DNA of 47,773 nt, taken from positions 1 through 47,773 of the forward strand of contig JACRJW010000075.1 of assembly GCA_016235605.1 (NCBI GenBank), given 5' to 3'. The DNA is from Candidatus Uhrbacteria bacterium (GTDB taxonomy: Bacteria > Patescibacteriota > Patescibacteriia > UBA9934 > GWF2-40-263). The notes below the pieces were generated by a model. The model saw only the letters and a list, made by a program, of their open reading frames with translations. It made no database searches and had not been told where the DNA came from. Shown here in pieces: positions 44,134-47,773 of this stretch (position 1 is its first letter; every line of letters begins with the position of its first letter). Both the position numbers and the translations under genes were made by a program.

Positions 44134-44269
44134 TTGACCTCCCAGTTCCTCTCGTCAAGGAATACATCTTCAAAAAACCCGGCCAGCTCAGCTGGCCATC
44201 TGGAGCGCTCGGGCTTGGCAGCCTGTGCACGACGAAACTCCAGAAAATTTCCTTAAGGAGGAAAACGCC

Positions 44270-44938
44270 ATGGGAACCAAAACACCAATCGTGATGCCCG
44301 ATCGCGCCGTTCCCCTGCCCGCGCCAGCCCGCAAGTCCAAGAAGCCCGCCAGCCCCCCGACCATCCACCAGGTCGCGGAGTCGGCCAAGCGCTTCTGCAA
44401 GGAGATGAGTCTCGGGGACGCGTTCGTGGCACCGCTCTTCGCCTTCGCGGTCAGTTCGGTCCATACGGCGCAGAGCCTTGTGCGCTTCGCGGTCGCGGCC
44501 GTCCGTGCCGAGCAGGGGCGCAGCAAGCTCCGCGGCGACCGCCACGAAATCGTGAATGCCTTCAAGGACTACCTCGAGAAGAACCGCCAGTACGACTTCA
44601 GGGCTCCCAAGCAGGAGCAGGAGGCTCGCAACCTTCTGCTGCGTGGGATCGAGCAGGGCGAGTTCCTTCGCCGCGGCCCCGCCGTGACCGAGGTGATCCT
44701 CGCGTGGACCATCCCGGCGTTCGACGCGGTGGAGGTGTCCGACTTCGCGCAGATCGATCTCCCCAACATGATCAGGGGGAACCTCCGTCTGGCGGAGTGG
44801 CTCCTCCAGAACGCGCTCAAGGACACGCCGGAGCAGAAGGCGCTCTCCGAGTTCACCGCGGCGTACGAGGCCGCCAAGGCGAAGGACGAGGAGTCCGAAG
44901 AGGACGCCGGGGACGAGGACGAACAGGCAGCGAGCTAG
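44270..44938 (+). CDS. 222-aa hypothetical protein with acidic C-terminal tail (island ORF2)
   Basis: AAGGAGG then 7-nt spacer then ATG 44270; very strong G/C at third positions; no family recognised. Confidence 0.65.
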   Translation: MGTKTPIVMPDRAVPLPAPARKSKKPASPPTIHQVAESAKRFCKEMSLGDAFVAPLFAFAVSSVHTAQSLVRFAVAAVRAEQGRSKLRGDRHEIVNAFKDYLEKNRQYDFRAPKQEQEARNLLLRGIEQGEFLRRGPAVTEVILAWTIPAFDAVEVSDFAQIDLPNMIRGNLRLAEWLLQNALKDTPEQKALSEFTAAYEAAKAKDEESEEDAGDEDEQAAS

Positions 44939-44962
44939 CCATGAACGGCTAGCGACCACACG

Positions 44963-45044
44963 GGGCGAGACGACTCTGTACGAGAGTCGTCTCGCCCAGC
45001 CCTAAGAGATCATGAGGCAAGCCTCGTGAACTGCTAGGGCTTCA
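44963..45044 (+). repeat. 82-nt double-hairpin 3' module, copy A
   Basis: 15-bp hairpin GGGCGAGACGACTCT-gtacg-AGAGTCGTCTCGCCC, then CCCTA..CATGAGG-caag-CCTCGTG..TAGGG. Confidence 0.75.
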
Positions 45045-45107
45045 ACCTTCTGCGCCTTGCCCAAGGCAACTGTTTTTTCCACCAATCACTACAACCAGGA
45101 GTCCCCA

Positions 45108-46259
45108 ATGCGCGAATTGACCTTCGCCGACAACGGCACCGTCGCCCCTGGCGACGAGAACGCTCCCGACCTCTGGGAGCTCGCCCTGGACAATCTCGAC
45201 ATCGAAGTCGAAACCCGCCCCTGGCGCGAGATGGACGAGTTCGAGGCCCCGGAGCAGATCTGGGACGAGACGAACGCGCTCGCGCAGGCCGAGGCGGAAG
45301 CCGAGGCCGACAAGTACAAGTTCGACGACGAGACTGACGAGATCGGCGAGGCGATCTACACCGGTGGCTACGACTACCACCGCCCCCGCGATCGCTTCGA
45401 CGATCAGGCCGACGAGCTCAAGATCCAGAACCACACGCTCGTGCGCAAGTACAGGTTCAAGGTGACGGATATCCTGGGAGTCAACGGACAGCTCCTCGGA
45501 GTCGACTACCTCGCTGTGGTGCTCGCCGCGTGCAAGGCGGCCGACGAGATCGCGGATCTCGCCGGCAACGGTGAGGTCTGCAGGGTCATCGCGCAGGCCA
45601 GCGGCTGGAAGGGCGAACTCCCCACGAGGCTCTCGGGCTTCGGGGTGGAAACGTTCTACCGCAGTGCGGGTGCCCTCCAGACCCGTGTCGCCGAGATCAA
45701 GGCCCGCAAGCCGAAGCACAGCGTCATCGTGATGCCCGACCGTCGCGTCGTAGAGCCCGTCCCCTCGCAGACCCCGAGCCGGTCGAAGGGCGCGCCGGTG
45801 ATCCTCGTGGTCCCGACGCAGAAGCCCGAGGGGAGCGACCTCTTCGGTCGGGTGAAAACCCCATCGGGTCTGGCGTTCCGGTGCGTGTGCGGCTGCGGCA
45901 ATCTCGTTCTCGAGAAAGTCGCCGTCGTACCGCCCACCAGTGCGATGCGCGACCGGCAGAACGGCGGCCGCGTGGGATCGAAAGATCTCTGGCGCCACGC
46001 GTTCGGCGAGCGGTGCATCCGTCGGTTCGGCCGCGGATTCTCCCTCAAGGAGAAGATGAACAAGATGATGGACGAAGAGTCCAAGCGCGAGGCCGCGAAC
46101 CGAACCCTGCGTCCGCGCTTCGGGGACGTCATCGGCCACGGTGGCGCCTTCGGCGGATCGGGCAAGGGCCCCACGCCGGGCCAACTCTCCCACCAGGCCG
46201 CACGGGCGGAGGCCGACCGCCAGCTGCGTCTCAAGATGCAGTCGGCGGGCAGGAAGTAG
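45108..46259 (+). CDS. 383-aa hypothetical protein: acidic N-region, CxCxC cluster, basic C-region (island ORF3)
   Basis: AGGAG then 6-nt spacer then ATG 45108; GC3-rich; shares an IVMPDRxV..P.P segment with ORF2. Confidence 0.65.
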   Translation: MRELTFADNGTVAPGDENAPDLWELALDNLDIEVETRPWREMDEFEAPEQIWDETNALAQAEAEAEADKYKFDDETDEIGEAIYTGGYDYHRPRDRFDDQADELKIQNHTLVRKYRFKVTDILGVNGQLLGVDYLAVVLAACKAADEIADLAGNGEVCRVIAQASGWKGELPTRLSGFGVETFYRSAGALQTRVAEIKARKPKHSVIVMPDRRVVEPVPSQTPSRSKGAPVILVVPTQKPEGSDLFGRVKTPSGLAFRCVCGCGNLVLEKVAVVPPTSAMRDRQNGGRVGSKDLWRHAFGERCIRRFGRGFSLKEKMNKMMDEESKREAANRTLRPRFGDVIGHGGAFGGSGKGPTPGQLSHQAARAEADRQLRLKMQSAGRK

Positions 46260-46301
46260 ATCCACGCGATCTACACGGCCAGCTCAACTGGCCACGGACG
46301 A

Positions 46302-46381
46302 GGGCGAGCGATTCTGTACGAGAATCGTTCGCCCGACCCTAAGAATCCATGAGGCACGCCTCGTGAACTGCTAGGGTTTCA
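46302..46381 (+). repeat. 82-nt double-hairpin 3' module, copy B
   Basis: GGGCGAGCGATTCT-gtacg-AGAATCGTTCGCCC, then CCCTA..CATGAGG-cacg-CCTCGTG..TAGGG; collinear with copy A. Confidence 0.75.
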
Positions 46382-46408
46382 TACCCAAACTCTCTCCCAA
46401 GGAGAAGC

Positions 46409-46447
46409 AAAAAACCGTCCTGAGTTTATCGAAGGGCGGTTTTTTGT
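46409..46447. terminator. bidirectional-type terminator closing the island
   Basis: AAAAA-ACCGTCC-13 nt-GGGCGGT-TTTTTTG. Confidence 0.55.
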
Positions 46448-46473
46448 TTGCCAATATCCTACAACACGACCGC

Positions 46474-46502
46474 TTGACGGACTCCCTGGGGGGTGTTAAT
46501 CT
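46474..46502 (+). promoter_or_regulatory. sigma70-like promoter
   Basis: TTGACG, 17-nt spacer, TAATCT. Confidence 0.45.
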
Positions 46503-46565
46503 GCTTTATCGTTTCTGTGGTGGAAACGTTTCATTGCCTAACCGGCAAGGAGTGAGGAGGATCTG

Positions 46566-46721
46566 ATGGAAAGGAAAAGAGAGAGTCCTTTCGACGCCAT
46601 CGCTTTGCTCCACGAGTACGCAACTCGCTGGGCTCTGCGACTTGTACAAGGTCGGCAACATCTCGTGGATGCAGATCCACGGAGGTTCCAACCAACCTAC
46701 ATTTGCGACGGCGGCGGCTGA
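46566..46721 (+). CDS. 51-aa hypothetical peptide
   Basis: GAGGAGG then 5-nt spacer then ATG; MERKRESPFDAIALLHEYATRWALRLVQGRQHLVDADPRRFQPTYICDGGG; own promoter and terminator; below the ORF-track cutoff. Confidence 0.4.
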   Translation: MERKRESPFDAIALLHEYATRWALRLVQGRQHLVDADPRRFQPTYICDGGG

Positions 46722-46776
46722 CGACCTTTCCCTCTTTTCTCTCCTGAATTCCTCACCACAGACCTGACCACGACGA

Positions 46777-46806
46777 ACGGATCGCACGCGATCCGTATTA
46801 TTTTTG
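46777..46806. terminator. hairpin plus T-run between the convergent small ORF and trmB
   Basis: ACGGATC-gcacgc-GATCCGT followed by ATTATTTTTGG. Confidence 0.5.
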
Positions 46807-47592
46807 GGTGGATTGCTTCACGGGATATTCTTGGGCGCCTCGCCAGGCAAGTTCAAACATCGCCCTGACGACTTCCGCGATCTCGTGGCTGATAATGACA
46901 CAAGCCAACACGGCCGACTTATAAGAAAAAAGAAACACATGATTTCCACGGACTGTGACTTCGCCGTGGATGGGAAACTCGCTCCGAGGGAGCATACGCA
47001 CTTGCCCAACTCCCATATTTTCGTTTTCCAGTTTGGATGGATCGTCAACCAAAATAAGTTTCCGGGCAGAGACACCTGCCTTTCCTTCTTGATGGCGCAG
47101 GCGTTGCATGTGCTCAAGACGGCCGTGGACAAATTCCTCGGTCGCCAGTACGTCTTCACGCGGATAAATCTGTATAAAATCTCCAGGAAGTTTTTCAAAA
47201 ATCTGCCGTACCGTCTCTATCCCTTCTGGCCCTTCCAAATATCGCACTTGCGGCTTGGCCCCTTCAGCGTTGTAGAGATTTGTCAGCAACGGCATCACCT
47301 TCCCAAGCTCGAGTTCTTTTTCTGCCAACTCCTTCTGCTTGACCTGAATGATCGACATCAACCGATCTGGGCTCTCGGAAACATAAAATCGTCTCTTGCC
47401 TTTTTGGAACGTGGACATGAGCCCACGACTGGCAAGTGATTCGATCATCACATAGGTCGTCGCACGGTTGACGTGGGCCTTGTGGGAAATGTCTTGCACG
47501 GGAGAGGGTCCAAGCTCAAGAGCGGCGAGATAGACCCGCGCCTCTTTGTCGGAGAGCCCCAAGTGTTCAAGTTCTTGTTTGAGTTCGTCCAT
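46798..47592 (-). CDS. TrmB-family transcriptional regulator
   Basis: Trimmed to ATG 47592 (MDELKQELEHLGLSDKEARVYLAALELGPSPVQDIS...), a winged-helix TrmB N-domain. Confidence 0.8.
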   Translation of the reverse strand: MDELKQELEHLGLSDKEARVYLAALELGPSPVQDISHKAHVNRATTYVMIESLASRGLMSTFQKGKRRFYVSESPDRLMSIIQVKQKELAEKELELGKVMPLLTNLYNAEGAKPQVRYLEGPEGIETVRQIFEKLPGDFIQIYPREDVLATEEFVHGRLEHMQRLRHQEGKAGVSARKLILVDDPSKLENENMGVGQVRMLPRSEFPIHGEVTVRGNHVFLFSYKSAVLACVIISHEIAEVVRAMFELAWRGAQEYPVKQSTQK

Positions 47593-47603
47593 AATGGCTG
47601 ACA

Positions 47604-47773
47604 CTACACCATGGCTCTCAAACTGTCCAGAGTCTGCGCCGCTGTGCGTTCCCAAGAGAAATCTTGGACGCGTTGTCTGCCTTTTTGGACAAGCTCAGCA
47701 CGCAGGCTTCCCTCTTTGACCACCCGCGAGAGCGCATGCGCCCAAGCTTCTGGTTCCCCAGGTGGCACCAAAA
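47604..47773 (-). CDS. C-terminal fragment of a glycosyltransferase (GT1-like), 5' end outside the window
   Basis: rc frame open from the window edge: ..LRAELVQKGRQRVQDFSWERTAAQTLDSLRAMV, stop at 47604-47606; the FSWE..A pattern is typical of GT1 C-termini. Confidence 0.45.
   Translation of the reverse strand, partial: LVPPGEPEAWAHALSRVVKEGSLRAELVQKGRQRVQDFSWERTAAQTLDSLRAMV

Noticed and set aside
44129-44959. 276-aa minus-strand ORF covering island ORF2, and likewise 45042..46265 (407 aa) covering ORF3
   Set aside because: These are antisense shadow frames typical of GC3-rich genes. Their codon position 1 coincides with position 3 of the + frames. They lack an SD and encode low-complexity L/R/G/E-rich products. 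The + frames have strong SDs and G/C-dominated third positions.
44963-46381. Integron attC sites / cassette array (ORF followed by a conserved imperfect palindrome, twice)
   Set aside because: I found no R''/R' core sites (RYYYAAC ... GTTRRRY) in either orientation and no integrase gene. The ORFs carry their own SDs. The wobble pattern fits an RNA-level rather than a folded-ssDNA element.
46506-46787. 93-aa minus-strand ORF
   Set aside because: It has no RBS or promoter and runs into the shared terminator. The opposite strand has a promoter + GAGGAGG + ATG unit.
1-47773. CRISPR array
   Set aside because: No series of 3 or more equal-length direct repeats with unique, regularly sized spacers exists. 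The repeat families seen are tandem heptads or nonamers, palindromes, or 2-copy elements, and no cas genes are present.

Overview
This 47.8-kb chromosomal window reads like a small-genome, CPR/Patescibacteria-type bacterium. That assignment is an inference from gene content and protein style and cannot be verified here.

Backbone: mostly minus-strand housekeeping genes with short or overlapping junctions and no Shine-Dalgarno. They include ftsE/ftsX, a scattered dcw set (murE, murD, murG, ftsW, mraY), pyrG, rplI, rpmA, rpmG (missed by the >=60-aa ORF track), pgi, tpiA, glyQS, frr, holB, Fe/Mn SOD, bcp, NDH-2, two P-type ATPases, an M16 peptidase and a TrmB regulator. There are 7 tRNAs, all with encoded CCA: Gly-CCC, Thr-CGT, Lys-TTT, Trp-CCA, Thr-TGT, Tyr-GTA, Thr-GGT.

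Orphan cassettes: interleaved with the backbone are visibly GC-richer units, most with their own TTGACA-like-N17-TAnnnT promoter, most with a strong SD and several with a hairpin terminator (147-755, 3404-3958, 17963-18526, 25205-26136, 34201-34872, 46474-46806).

Large accessory block (42.6-46.5 kb): a promoter-driven ~770-nt structured non-coding leader with three tandem GGAGAGAG-box units, cUUCGg loops and an internal terminator. It is followed by three SD-led orphan ORFs separated by long rod-like hairpins, and a conserved ~82-nt double-hairpin module follows each large ORF.

Repeat families: the window is unusually rich in them.
- A ~120-nt rod-like element present twice, with compensatory stem changes.
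- 43-bp perfect direct repeats bracketing a PNP cassette.
- GCTNAGC-apex hairpins, including arrays trailing tRNA genes.
- Three-letter (C-less/G-less) heptad or nonamer tandem repeats that sit in leaders, form intergenic hairpins and even run in frame through CDSs.

No CRISPR array, rRNA, transposase or recognisable defence gene was seen. All GC statements are by-eye estimates.
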